Origin: an uncultured Desulfobulbus sp.
Lineage (GTDB): Bacteria; Desulfobacterota; Desulfobulbia; Desulfobulbales; Desulfobulbaceae
NCBI GenBank assembly: GCA_963664075.1
Contig: OY760916.1
Span: 4,124,710-4,188,709 of the forward strand
Length of the DNA stretch: 64,000 bases
Direction: 5' to 3'
Made by a program: the position numbers and the translations under genes
The notes under the pieces: generated by a model
Seen by the model: only the letters and a program-made list of their open reading frames with translations
Told to the model about the DNA's origin: nothing
Database searches by the model: none
In this document: positions 27,993 to 37,380 of the stretch, in pieces
Layout: every line of letters begins with the position of its first letter
Numbering within the stretch: the stretch's first letter is position 1

Positions 27993-30002
27993 ATGGCAAA
28001 AGTCGGTGTGTACGTCTGTCATTGCGGTTCCAATATTGCCGGCGTCGTCGATGTGGCGGCGGTTCGCGACTATGCGGAAACGCTCCCGGACGTGGTCATT
28101 GCGCGCAAAGACCTGTTCATGTGTTCGGATTCAGGGCAGGAGATGGTGAAGCAGGATGTTCGCGACGGCCTGGTTGACCGGGTTGTGGTTGCTGCCTGCA
28201 CCCCTCGTACCCATGAGCCTATCTTTCGGGCCGCCATCGAAAAGGCTGGCCTCAACAAGTACCTCTTCGAGATGGCCAATATTCGGGACCAAGACAGCTG
28301 GGTCCATGGCCATGACCACGAAGGGGCCACGGAAAAAGCCAAGCTGATTGTTGCCTCAGCGGTTGCCAAAGCACGTAATCTGGAGCCCCTGGAAGACAAG
28401 TTCACCCCGGTCACTGACGCCGCCCTGGTTGTCGGTGGCGGTATTGGCGGGATCAGCGCCGCCCTTGAGCTGGCCAACATGGGCCACAAGACCTATCTGG
28501 TCGAAAAAAAACCCTCCATAGGAGGTGTCATGGCTCAACTGGATAAAACCTTTCCCACCAACGACTGTTCCGCCTGTATCCTCACCCCGATGATGGTCGA
28601 GGCCTACAACCACCCTAACATTGAAACCATGACCTATTCCGAGGTTGATGATGTTGAGGGATACATCGGTAACTTTAAGGTCAAAGTGCGCCGCAAGCAG
28701 ACCTATGTGGACTGGAACAAATGCACCGGTTGTGGTGATTGCGCCTCCAAATGCCCCTCAAAAACACCGGACGAGTTCAACGCCGGACTCTCCGACCGAC
28801 GGGCAGCCTTTATCATGTTTCCCCAGGCGGTGCCCAAAAAGGCAGTGATCGATATCGACCACTGCATCAACTGTGTTGGCCGGGAAATAGGCACCGAACC
28901 CAAGATCAACCAGAAAACAGGAAACCCGATTCTCGCGCCCTGTGAGCGAGCCTGCCCAGCCGATGCCATCAACCGTACCCTTGCTCACGATCCAAACGGG
29001 TCCATCACCGAGATCGAGGTTGGCTCCATCGTTGTTGCCACCGGCTACCAGGTCATGGAGAAAGACTGGTTCAAGGAGATGGCCCCAGCCTCGCCCAACG
29101 TCATCACCGCTCTCCAACTTGAGCGTATCATTTCGGCAACCGGTCCTTCCGAAGGGAAACTGCTGCGGCCCTCGGACAACGAAAAGCCCCATACCATTAC
29201 CTTTGTCTCCTGTATGGGCTCGCGGGACGAGAATTTCCACACCTACTGTTCCCGCTTCTGCTGCATGTACATGATCAAGCAGGCGCGTCTGCTCAAGGAG
29301 AAGTACCCGCAGCTGACCATCAACATGCATTTCATCGATGTGCGCGCCTTTGGTAAGGGCTACGAGGAGTACTACACCGGTGCCCGCAAAATGGGGATCA
29401 ACTTCTTTAAGGGCAAGGTTGGCGGTCTGGAGATGCTCCCTGGCGACAAACTCCGCGTCCTGGCCTACGACATGGAGTCTGCCACCAACATCGAGTACGA
29501 GTCCGATCTGGTTGTTCTCGCAACCGCAGTCGAGCTGCCCAAGGATTCCGTTGGCCTGGCCCAAAAACTCGGCCTCCAGTTCTGCGGCAACAACTTTTTC
29601 CGCGAGTTGCATCCCAAACTCGGACCGGTTGAGACCGCTGTCCAGGGGCTGTTTGTCGCCGGTTGCTGTCAGGGCCCCAAAGACATTCCTGATACCGTTG
29701 CCCAGGCCAAGGGAGCTGCTGCCGCTGCCGCCGTCCCGCTGGCGCAGGGCAAGGTCAAGATCGAGCCGATCATCTCTGAAGTGCATCCTGAAGTCTGCAG
29801 TGGCTGCGGCATCTGTGTTCCCCTCTGTCCCTACCACGCCATCAGCATGAAACCCTATGCAGATCGCCCCAGAGCTGAAATCGAGATGTCCGCCTGTAAG
29901 GGCTGCGGTGTCTGTACCTCGGCCTGTCCTTCAGGCGCCATCGTGCTCCACGGCTACGAGGAATCCCAGATATTTGCCCAGATTCAGGCACTGACCGCTT
30001 AA
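27993..30002 (+). CDS. hdrA: Heterodisulfide reductase subunit A (FAD, Fe-S)
   Basis: KVGVYVCHCGSNI, VVVAACTPRTHE, LVVGGGIGG, LDKTFPTNDCSACI, CSRFCCMY, AGCCQGPKDI, ferredoxin motifs. Confidence 0.97.
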   Translation: MAKVGVYVCHCGSNIAGVVDVAAVRDYAETLPDVVIARKDLFMCSDSGQEMVKQDVRDGLVDRVVVAACTPRTHEPIFRAAIEKAGLNKYLFEMANIRDQDSWVHGHDHEGATEKAKLIVASAVAKARNLEPLEDKFTPVTDAALVVGGGIGGISAALELANMGHKTYLVEKKPSIGGVMAQLDKTFPTNDCSACILTPMMVEAYNHPNIETMTYSEVDDVEGYIGNFKVKVRRKQTYVDWNKCTGCGDCASKCPSKTPDEFNAGLSDRRAAFIMFPQAVPKKAVIDIDHCINCVGREIGTEPKINQKTGNPILAPCERACPADAINRTLAHDPNGSITEIEVGSIVVATGYQVMEKDWFKEMAPASPNVITALQLERIISATGPSEGKLLRPSDNEKPHTITFVSCMGSRDENFHTYCSRFCCMYMIKQARLLKEKYPQLTINMHFIDVRAFGKGYEEYYTGARKMGINFFKGKVGGLEMLPGDKLRVLAYDMESATNIEYESDLVVLATAVELPKDSVGLAQKLGLQFCGNNFFRELHPKLGPVETAVQGLFVAGCCQGPKDIPDTVAQAKGAAAAAAVPLAQGKVKIEPIISEVHPEVCSGCGICVPLCPYHAISMKPYADRPRAEIEMSACKGCGVCTSACPSGAIVLHGYEESQIFAQIQALTA

Positions 30003-30017
30003 GAGGAGAGACACGCT

Positions 30018-30521
30018 ATGATCATCGACCAGCAAAAAATCGACGAGGCCGTCTCCACCATTGTCGGGTACGGCGGCCAGAACATTCTCAACTGTATCCA
30101 GTGCGGCGCCTGTTCCTCTGTCTGCCCGGGCATCAAGGCTGGATTCCCCTTACTCTGCCGGAACCTGATCCGTCACCTGCTCAACGGGGAGCTCGAGGAG
30201 ATCATTGAAGATTCCTCCAGCTGGGGCTGTCAGGCCTGCAACCGCTGCACTGAAATCTGCCCGCGTGACGTACGCCCGCAGGAGGTTGTCTTTGCCTTCC
30301 GTCGCTATCAGGCAAACGAACTGGCCTTTTCCACCTCTTCAGTGACCAGCCAGATGAACTTGTATGAAACCGGCCATGCGGTTTTCACCGACCCCAGCGC
30401 CCTGCGCAAACAGGTAGGTCTGCCGGAAAAAACACCAACCTCTGCCTATGACGACAAGGCCAAAGAGGAAATTCAGACCCTGATCAACAACGGCCCCATG
30501 GGCGAGTTGGGACTCTTTTAA
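30018..30521 (+). CDS. hdrC: Heterodisulfide reductase subunit C
   Basis: CIQCGACSSVCP and CQACNRCTEICP; lies between hdrA and hdrB. Confidence 0.92.
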   Translation: MIIDQQKIDEAVSTIVGYGGQNILNCIQCGACSSVCPGIKAGFPLLCRNLIRHLLNGELEEIIEDSSSWGCQACNRCTEICPRDVRPQEVVFAFRRYQANELAFSTSSVTSQMNLYETGHAVFTDPSALRKQVGLPEKTPTSAYDDKAKEEIQTLINNGPMGELGLF

Positions 30522-30526
30522 GGAAG

Positions 30527-31453
30527 GTGAGCAACATGGAAAAAATAGGATTATATCTTGGCTGCAACATTCCGATGAAGGCACCCGACATCGAGCAGTC
30601 CATTCGTCAGATCATGCCGCCGCTGGGCATTGAGCCGGTAGACTTACAGGGGGCCTCCTGCTGTCCGGCCTGGGGAACCGCCCCTTCCTTTGATCTCAAC
30701 ACCTGGTGTGCGATCTCCAGCCGCAATATCACCATCGCCGAGGAGCAGGAGGTCGACATCATGACCGGCTGCAACTCCTGCTTTGGCGTACTTTCCGAGG
30801 CCAAACACTTTCTCGATGATCTCGAGCGGCGTAAGGCGGTGAACACCAGCCTCGCAGCCATCAACCGTGAGTTCAAAGGCACCTCGGACATCTACCATGT
30901 GGCCCATGTGCTCCATAAAAAGGTGGGCCTGGAGAAGATTCGGGAAAATCTCAAGTACAACCTGGCTGGACTCAAGATCGCGGTGCAGACCGGCTGCCAC
31001 ACCCTCTGGCCCTCGGATGTCTATAAGGTGAAAGAGGAAAACCCCTTCTATCCGAGCATACTCAAGGATCTCTGTGAGGCCACCGGTGCCACCGTGCCTC
31101 ATTATTCACGCCTGGAGAGTTGCTGCGGTATGGGGGGCATGCGTTCCACCGACATGGAAAAATCGCTGGTCCTCTTTAAAGACAAGCTGATGTCCATCAA
31201 GGAGGAAACCGATGCCGATCTGGTGGTCACCACCTGTTCCTCCTGTTTCCTCCAATTCGATATGTCACAGCCCATTCTTAAGGAACGCGGCCTGATCGAC
31301 TTCGAACCGATTCCGACCCTCTACTATACCCAGTTGCTGGCCCTGGCCATGGGCTGTGATCCGAGCCAGGTGGCTGCCATCTCGCAGATCGACCGCAGCT
31401 CCATCATCAGTGAGATTCAAAGCGAAAAACGTCTGATCAAGGAGGTGGCCTGA
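30527..31453 (+). CDS. hdrB: Heterodisulfide reductase subunit B (CCG domains)
   Basis: YLGC, SCCP, GCNSC, TGCH, CCGMGG, TCSSCFLQFD. Confidence 0.93.
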   Translation: MSNMEKIGLYLGCNIPMKAPDIEQSIRQIMPPLGIEPVDLQGASCCPAWGTAPSFDLNTWCAISSRNITIAEEQEVDIMTGCNSCFGVLSEAKHFLDDLERRKAVNTSLAAINREFKGTSDIYHVAHVLHKKVGLEKIRENLKYNLAGLKIAVQTGCHTLWPSDVYKVKEENPFYPSILKDLCEATGATVPHYSRLESCCGMGGMRSTDMEKSLVLFKDKLMSIKEETDADLVVTTCSSCFLQFDMSQPILKERGLIDFEPIPTLYYTQLLALAMGCDPSQVAAISQIDRSSIISEIQSEKRLIKEVA

Positions 31454-31878
31454 TGTCCTTTATGCCCAATATCGTAGGCTTTGCCTGCCAGTGGTGTACC
31501 TATGCCGGTGCAGATCTTGCCGGTAACCTTCGGGCCAAATATCCGCCCTCGATCAAACTGATCAAGGTGCCCTGTTCCGGGCGAGTAGAACCGGAGTATG
31601 TCCTGGAGGCCCTGGCCAACGGCGCCGACGGTGTGCTCATCGGTGGCTGCCATTTTGGCGATTGCCATTATAAAACCGGCAACTACAAGGCGGCCAACCG
31701 CATGAAGATCCTGAAAAAACTGATCGAAGATGCCGGCTTTGACTCGCGCCGCTTCCGCCTGGAATGGATCTCCGGTGCTGAAGGCTACCGCTTTGCCGAG
31801 GTGGTGGAAGAGTTTACCAAGGAGTTGCAGGAGCTGGGCCCCAACCCGCTTAAAGGAGGAAATGGCAATGGCAAATAA
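31453..31878 (+). CDS. mvhD: Methyl-viologen-reducing hydrogenase delta subunit
   Basis: FACQWCTYAGAD, VPCSGRV, GGCHFGDCHY. Confidence 0.96.
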   Translation: MSFMPNIVGFACQWCTYAGADLAGNLRAKYPPSIKLIKVPCSGRVEPEYVLEALANGADGVLIGGCHFGDCHYKTGNYKAANRMKILKKLIEDAGFDSRRFRLEWISGAEGYRFAEVVEEFTKELQELGPNPLKGGNGNGK

Positions 31879-32860
31879 AGTAAAAACCGCCTTTCTGCTG
31901 GCCGGTGGCTGCGCGGGCTGCGAGATGGCTGTGGTCGATCTCTCTGAAAAGCTGGTGGACGCCCTGGAGCATCTGGAAATCGTTTTCTGGGCACCGACTG
32001 TGGCCGATGTCAAATATAAGGATCTGGAAGAGATGGAAGACAACTCCATCGACCTGGCCTTTGTTGACGGCATGATCCGCAACACCGAGAACCTGCATAC
32101 CGTCGAGGTCCTGCGGAAAAAATCAAAGGTCCTGGTAGCCTTTGGCGCCTGCGCAACCCTGGGTGGTATTGCCGCTCTGGGGGATCTTCATACCAACGAG
32201 GAACTGATGGAACAGGCCTACAAAAAGTCCTTTTCCACTGATAATCCCGACAATGTCATGCCGACCCCGGAGTATCTTCTGGATGGTAAGTACGACCTCA
32301 CCATTCCCGCGCTGTTGCCCAACTGTTCCACCATCGATCAGGTGGTGGATGTCGACTACTACGTGGGGGGCTGTCCGCCCCATCCATCCTTTGTCGGTCA
32401 GCTGGTTGGCGCCATTGTCGCAGGAGATCTGCCGCCCGCAGGCTCCTGGCTCACCGGCGGCAAGGCGGTTTGCGATACCTGCAAGCGCAACCCAGCCCTC
32501 ACCGGCCAGGAACGACTGCCCATCGGCGAGATCAAGCGAACCATCGATGGTCGCCCGGATCAGAATGTCTGTCTCCTCCAGCAGGGCTACATGTGCTTTG
32601 GTCCAGTGACCCAGGGCGATTGTGGGGCATCGTGTCTCAATGTGAACATACCCTGTCGCGGCTGCGGTGGCCCCATCCCTGGTATCAAGGATTTTGGCGC
32701 CCGCTGTGTCTCCACCCTGGCCTCCAGCATGGAGAGCGAGGCGGTTGCCGAGCAGTTCATTGAAAAATACAACGATATGGCCAAGATGTTCTACCGCTAT
32801 AGCCATACGGCCTCGAAACTGAACCACCGGGTCGCCCAGCGTAAGGAGAAAGCAGCATGA
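31868..32860 (+). CDS. mvhG: Group 3c [NiFe] hydrogenase small subunit
   Basis: GGCAGCE, AFGACA, GGCPP, CLLQQGYMCFGPVTQGDCGASC, PCRGCGG. Start ATG 31868. Confidence 0.93.
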   Translation: MANKVKTAFLLAGGCAGCEMAVVDLSEKLVDALEHLEIVFWAPTVADVKYKDLEEMEDNSIDLAFVDGMIRNTENLHTVEVLRKKSKVLVAFGACATLGGIAALGDLHTNEELMEQAYKKSFSTDNPDNVMPTPEYLLDGKYDLTIPALLPNCSTIDQVVDVDYYVGGCPPHPSFVGQLVGAIVAGDLPPAGSWLTGGKAVCDTCKRNPALTGQERLPIGEIKRTIDGRPDQNVCLLQQGYMCFGPVTQGDCGASCLNVNIPCRGCGGPIPGIKDFGARCVSTLASSMESEAVAEQFIEKYNDMAKMFYRYSHTASKLNHRVAQRKEKAA

Positions 32861-34323
32861 AAAAAATCGAAATCAGCCCAATTACCCGCCTCGAGGGACA
32901 TGGCAAGATTGCCATCTTCCTGGACGATGCCGGCAATGTGGACGACGCCTTCTTCCAGACCGTTGAGTTTCGCGGCTTTGAGAAATTCCTCCAGGGTATG
33001 CCCATGGAGGAGGTGCCCCGTACCGTCTCCACCGTCTGTGGTGTCTGTCGTGGTGTCCACTTCACCGCCTCGATGAAGGCTTCCGACGGTGTCTTCGGCG
33101 TCACCCCGCCGCCAGCTGGCCGTAAACTGCGTGAACTGTTCTTTAACGCCCACTATGTTGAGGATCATTCGGTTATTTTGTACGCCCTTGGCCTGCCTGA
33201 CTTTGTGGTCGGCCCGGAGGCCAATCCGGCTGAACGCAACGTGGTCGGTCTGATCAACGCTGTTGGGGCTGATGTGGGCCGGGAGGTCCTGCGCAAACGC
33301 GGTCTGGCGGTCAAAATATTCGAGCTTCTGGGCGGCAAGCCCAACCATCCGGTGGCTGCAATTCCCGGTGGCTGGTCCAAGCAGCTCAATGAAGAGGAGC
33401 GCAAGCAGATCGAGGAGTGGTCCGAGGAGTTGGTGGGCCTGGGGGAGCTGACCCTGAAGGTCTTTGAGGATGTGGTCCTCAAAAATGACAAGTACATGGA
33501 GCTGGTCACCGGCGATATGTACAAGGTCGAGGTCGGCTACATGGGCTCGGTCGATGAGAATGACAACATCACCTACTATGACGGCACCCAGAAGATTATC
33601 GACTCCGCAGGTAACCACGTGGGCTCCTTCAAAGGGAAAGAGTACCTCGACTTCATCTCCGAGCGGGTACAGCCCTGGACCTATCTCAAGTTTCCCTACC
33701 AGAAGAAGATCGGCCCCTGGAAAGGTATTGTCGAAGGCCCCGGAACCAATATCTACAGTGTTGGTCCGTTGGCACGAATGAACATCGTCAAAGGGATGGA
33801 TACCCCGCTTGCCCAAAAGCATTTCGAAAAATTCCACGCCACCTTTGGGGCCAAGCCGGTGCATAACGTTCTGGCTTACCACTGGGCGCGTGCCATCGAG
33901 CTGCTCAATGCAGCCGAAAAGTGCCTCCAGCTCTCCCGAGATCCCGAGATCACCTCAAAGGATACCTGGAACAAACCCACCTCCTGCCCGGGCGAGGGTG
34001 TGGGCGTGATCGAGGCCCCGCGCGGAACCCTGATTCACCACTACTGCACCGACGGCAAGGGTATTGTCACCGATGCCAACCTGATCGTGGCAACCACCCA
34101 CAACAACGCCCCGATCAACCTGGCGGTGAAAAAGGCGGCCAAGCACTTCATCAAAAACGGTGATGTCTCTCCGGCCATGCTCAATTATGTGGAGATGGCT
34201 TTCCGCCCCTACGACCTCTGCCTGGCCTGCGCCACCCACACCGTGACCGGTGGCGGCTCACCGCTGTTGGTGGAAATTTTTGACAAGGATGGCAAGCTCT
34301 ATAAGACTCTGAAAAACTTCTAA
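32857..34323 (+). CDS. mvhA: Group 3c [NiFe] hydrogenase large subunit
   Basis: ITRLEGHGKI, CGVC, EAPRGTLIHHY, DLCLACATH plus a cleavable C-terminal tail. Confidence 0.94.
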   Translation: MKKIEISPITRLEGHGKIAIFLDDAGNVDDAFFQTVEFRGFEKFLQGMPMEEVPRTVSTVCGVCRGVHFTASMKASDGVFGVTPPPAGRKLRELFFNAHYVEDHSVILYALGLPDFVVGPEANPAERNVVGLINAVGADVGREVLRKRGLAVKIFELLGGKPNHPVAAIPGGWSKQLNEEERKQIEEWSEELVGLGELTLKVFEDVVLKNDKYMELVTGDMYKVEVGYMGSVDENDNITYYDGTQKIIDSAGNHVGSFKGKEYLDFISERVQPWTYLKFPYQKKIGPWKGIVEGPGTNIYSVGPLARMNIVKGMDTPLAQKHFEKFHATFGAKPVHNVLAYHWARAIELLNAAEKCLQLSRDPEITSKDTWNKPTSCPGEGVGVIEAPRGTLIHHYCTDGKGIVTDANLIVATTHNNAPINLAVKKAAKHFIKNGDVSPAMLNYVEMAFRPYDLCLACATHTVTGGGSPLLVEIFDKDGKLYKTLKNF

Positions 34324-34371
34324 CCCGAATTTCTCATGAACATTTTGTCTCAAACTGATGAGAAATCCGGG
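34324..34371 (+). repeat. CCCGAATTTC stop-codon-abutting repeat, complete palindromic copy after mvhA
   Basis: Arms CCCGAATTTCTCAT / ATGAGAAATCCGGG (13/14); the first 31 nt are identical to the metF copy. Confidence 0.85.
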
Positions 34372-34388
34372 CGAAGGCTGATCGTACC

Positions 34389-34475
34389 GGTGGGCACAAA
34401 AAACGTGCCCACCCTACGCTCTCACGGTTTTAACCTGAAGTAGTGACAAGGGTAGGCAGGTTGTTTCTGCCCACC
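34389..34475. repeat. Inverted doublet of GTAG-type REP hairpins
   Basis: The minus strand reads GTAG-GGTGGGCAC-gtttttt-GTGCCCACC; a degenerate plus-strand partner GGTAGGCAG-gttgttt-CTGCCCACC lies at 34451-34475. Confidence 0.65.
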
Positions 34476-34659
34476 GTTTCAAATCTACTTGCATAAGATG
34501 CCCCATTTTCGTTTGGTCTTGGCACCCACGTAAAATAGGGCGACCACTCACCTGGGTGTTATCCAGGCTTGAGAACCTTTTGTTGCATGAAAAAAGACCC
34601 GAGTCTGTGATCAGGGGATCGATCACAGACTCACCCTTGCACCCTAAAGAGGTCAAACA

Positions 34660-35124
34660 ATGAAAACAGTGGTCGTTGGAATCGGTAATCCGTATCTGCA
34701 GGATGATCGTGCCGGTGTTGTGGTCATCGAGCGGCTAGAAGAGGAAGGTATTGGTTGCCAGACCGAGATGGTCCTCACCGTTGGTTTTGAAGTGATGGAT
34801 AAAATCAAGGGCTATGATCAGGCGATCATTGTTGATGCCTGTATGCTGGGCCGGGAACCGGGTGAGATTCTCGATGTCAACGTGGATGATATCTTCACCA
34901 CCCACGCCCTGGTCAATTCACACGCAGTCACCTTGGGCACGACGCTGAAGACCGGGTATGTCTGTTTTCCCGACGAGATGCCTGCAAACATTCGTATCCT
35001 GCTCATTGAGGTCAAAGATATCAAAGAATTCACCCAGCAGATGTCCCCTGAAGTGGAAGCTGCGGTGGATATCGTGGTGGAAAAAATAAAGACAATGGTC
35101 GCGGAGCAAGCGGTGGCTGGGTAA
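34660..35124 (+). CDS. Hydrogenase maturation protease
   Basis: VVVGIGNPYLQDDRAG, IIVDA, NSHAV. Confidence 0.93.
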   Translation: MKTVVVGIGNPYLQDDRAGVVVIERLEEEGIGCQTEMVLTVGFEVMDKIKGYDQAIIVDACMLGREPGEILDVNVDDIFTTHALVNSHAVTLGTTLKTGYVCFPDEMPANIRILLIEVKDIKEFTQQMSPEVEAAVDIVVEKIKTMVAEQAVAG

Positions 35125-35126
35125 AT

Positions 35127-35166
35127 AAAAAAAGGGCTTCCGTCATCATAGCGGAAGCCCTTTTTT
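35127..35166. terminator. Bidirectional intrinsic terminator
   Basis: AAAAAAAGGGCTTCCG...CGGAAGCCCTTTTTT between convergent genes. Confidence 0.88.
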
Positions 35167-35188
35167 CAATTCAGGATGGTTCAGAGCC

Positions 35189-36415
35189 TTACTTCTTCAT
35201 AGCTTCTTTCAGACGCTCCATAGCCTTGATAACGTTTGCCTCGGAGTTAAACGCAGAGATACGGATGTAGCCCTGACCGCATTTACCAAAGCCCGCTCCC
35301 GGCGTGCAGACCACTCCAGCCTTGTTCAGGAGCAGGTCAAAAAATCCCCAGGAATCCTGGCCACCGTCAATCCAGACATAGGGCGAGTTATCCCCTCCCA
35401 CATAGTCATAGCCAAGCTCGCTCATCGCTTTGCCGATCAGTTTGGCATTGCTTAAGTAGCCATCAATCAATGCGGTGCACTGCGCCTTACCAGCCTCCGA
35501 ATAGACAGCCTCTGCAGCACGTTGAACCGGGTAGGAGACACCGTTAAATTTGGTGCAGTGACGGCGGTTCCACAGGGGGTGAATTGCCTGTTTGTTCCCG
35601 GCGGCATCATAGGCCATACACTCTTTGGGCACCACGGTATAGGCGCAACGAGTTCCGGTAAAACCGGCACTTTTGGAGAAGCTGCGGAACTCGATGGCAA
35701 CCTCGCGGGCACCCTCGATCTCATAGATGGAATGGGGCAGCTCCTCATCACGGATAAAGGCCTCGTAGGCGGCATCAAAGAGAATCAACGCCTTATTCTC
35801 ACGAGCATAATCAACCCAGACTTTCAGCTGCTCCTTGGTGGCGGTGGAGCCGGTGGGGTTGTTGGGGAAACAGAGGTAAATCAGGTCGACCGGCTCTTTG
35901 GGCAGGTCGGGGACAAAATTGTTTTCCTTGGTGGAGTCCAGGTAGACAATGCCCTCAAAACGTCCGTCTTTAAAGGCCCCTGTGCGACCGGCCATGACAT
36001 TGGTGTCCAGGTAGACAGGGTAGACCGGATCAGGAATGGCAATCTTGGCCTCGATGGAGAACAGTTCCTGAATATTTCCGGTATCGCACTTGGCACCATC
36101 GGAGACAAAGACCTCATCAGCGGCCACTTCAGCCCCACGGTCCTGAAAATCGTTCTTGGCAATAGCCTCGCGCAGGAAGTCATACCCCTGCTCAGGCCCA
36201 TAACCACGAAAGCTGGAAGCAGATGCCATCTCGTCAACGCCCTTATGAAAGGCCTCTACACAGGCAGGGGGCAGGGGATTGGTCACATCACCAATGCCGA
36301 GCTTGATTACCTCTTGCTCTGGATTCGCTGCCTGAAAGGCGGCAACGCGTTTGGCGATGTCGGAAAACAGGTAAGAAGCCTGCAGCTTGAGATAATGCTC
36401 GTTAATTGTCAACAT
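35189..36415 (-). CDS. dapL: LL-diaminopimelate aminotransferase
   Basis: [44 protein letters not shown]. Confidence 0.95.
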   Translation of the reverse strand: MLTINEHYLKLQASYLFSDIAKRVAAFQAANPEQEVIKLGIGDVTNPLPPACVEAFHKGVDEMASASSFRGYGPEQGYDFLREAIAKNDFQDRGAEVAADEVFVSDGAKCDTGNIQELFSIEAKIAIPDPVYPVYLDTNVMAGRTGAFKDGRFEGIVYLDSTKENNFVPDLPKEPVDLIYLCFPNNPTGSTATKEQLKVWVDYARENKALILFDAAYEAFIRDEELPHSIYEIEGAREVAIEFRSFSKSAGFTGTRCAYTVVPKECMAYDAAGNKQAIHPLWNRRHCTKFNGVSYPVQRAAEAVYSEAGKAQCTALIDGYLSNAKLIGKAMSELGYDYVGGDNSPYVWIDGGQDSWGFFDLLLNKAGVVCTPGAGFGKCGQGYIRISAFNSEANVIKAMERLKEAMKK

Positions 36416-36671
36416 GGCACATGTCCCTTCAAATGTTAGCCGCGATACGCGGTTTTCGGTTTATCAATGAATTGTCGTTCTCGTAAAAAGCACCGAGAAC
36501 GACGTTCAGAGCTTCGTAAAAGGCTGATTTCACAATGGAGTGATGTTCAGCAGTTTTACTTTTCACGAGATTCTCATGATTGGTTGCTGAAAAAAGCTAA
36601 GAAAAAGTGCCATTTTTTATCTTTTGAAGCAACAAAAACAGCCACTTTTTTCAGGTGAAAACTGTTGGGTG

Positions 36672-36775
36672 TCTTGAATAATTAGATTATTCAAGCAAGG
36701 CCTGATACGCGCAGGCTCTGAAAATACAATTTAAAACGTGAGGCCGGGATTGGAAGGAAAAGCAATTATTCAAGA
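36672..36775. repeat. 12-bp inverted-repeat-bounded element (TCTTGAATAATT...AATTATTCAAGA)
   Basis: Perfect 12-bp terminal IR and an internal palindrome at 36673-36695. The 17-mer 36761-36777 recurs exactly at 48956-48972. Confidence 0.45.
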
Positions 36776-36807
36776 TTCCCTGTTTGCGGGGAGGCTATAA
36801 ACAATTT

Positions 36808-37380
36808 TTACAGGGTGACTTTGACCCGATCTGTAAAATCAAAATCGCCGGAATTGAAATCATAGTTCATATGTCCGGCATCAATTTTCATGTTCGGGGC
36901 CTGGATATAGACCTTGCCCGGGCTGATCAACGTTTTTTTGGCGTCGTCATACTCCAGCCGTTCGGACAGCAGAACCTGATCCACAGAGGGCTTTGTGATA
37001 CGCACATCATCGCGCAATACCAGAAAACGGGTATCCATGCGGTAGGAGCCCACGCGACTTTCGATATCAATGGGCTCCCGCTTGGCACCAACATACTTGG
37101 CGCTGACGCCTTCCATGTCAATCTGCTGATCAAGCTCTCCGGTAAAGGCCCTTTTGGCCGTAATCCGCCACTCTTCCATACCCTGGCTGGCCAACGTCAT
37201 CGTTACTTCGTCCATAACGAAGTTTTCGGTTGAAGATTCTTCCTGGGGGGTGGAGAGCTTGGCGTTGTAACCGCCACGCGGAGTAAGAAAGGCACCTAAA
37301 AGCGGATGCCAGACAGGACTTGTCAGGAATAACACAAGGGGCAGCAGCCAAAGCAGGTTGCGCGGATTTTTCAGCATCAT
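36808..37380 (-). CDS. lptC: LPS export ABC transporter periplasmic protein LptC
   Basis: N-terminal TM helix and beta-jellyroll-like repeats; follows kdsC as in the usual kds-lpt operon. Confidence 0.85.
   Translation of the reverse strand: MMLKNPRNLLWLLPLVLFLTSPVWHPLLGAFLTPRGGYNAKLSTPQEESSTENFVMDEVTMTLASQGMEEWRITAKRAFTGELDQQIDMEGVSAKYVGAKREPIDIESRVGSYRMDTRFLVLRDDVRITKPSVDQVLLSERLEYDDAKKTLISPGKVYIQAPNMKIDAGHMNYDFNSGDFDFTDRVKVTL

Noticed and set aside
28758-33882. Long minus-strand ORFs (359, 234 and 361 aa) opposite hdr/mvh
   Set aside because: Shadow frames; the plus-strand genes carry all expected motifs.
27993-34323. Possible selenocysteine recoding in HdrA, MvhD or MvhA
   Set aside because: All relevant positions are Cys codons and the ORFs are full length without in-frame TGA.
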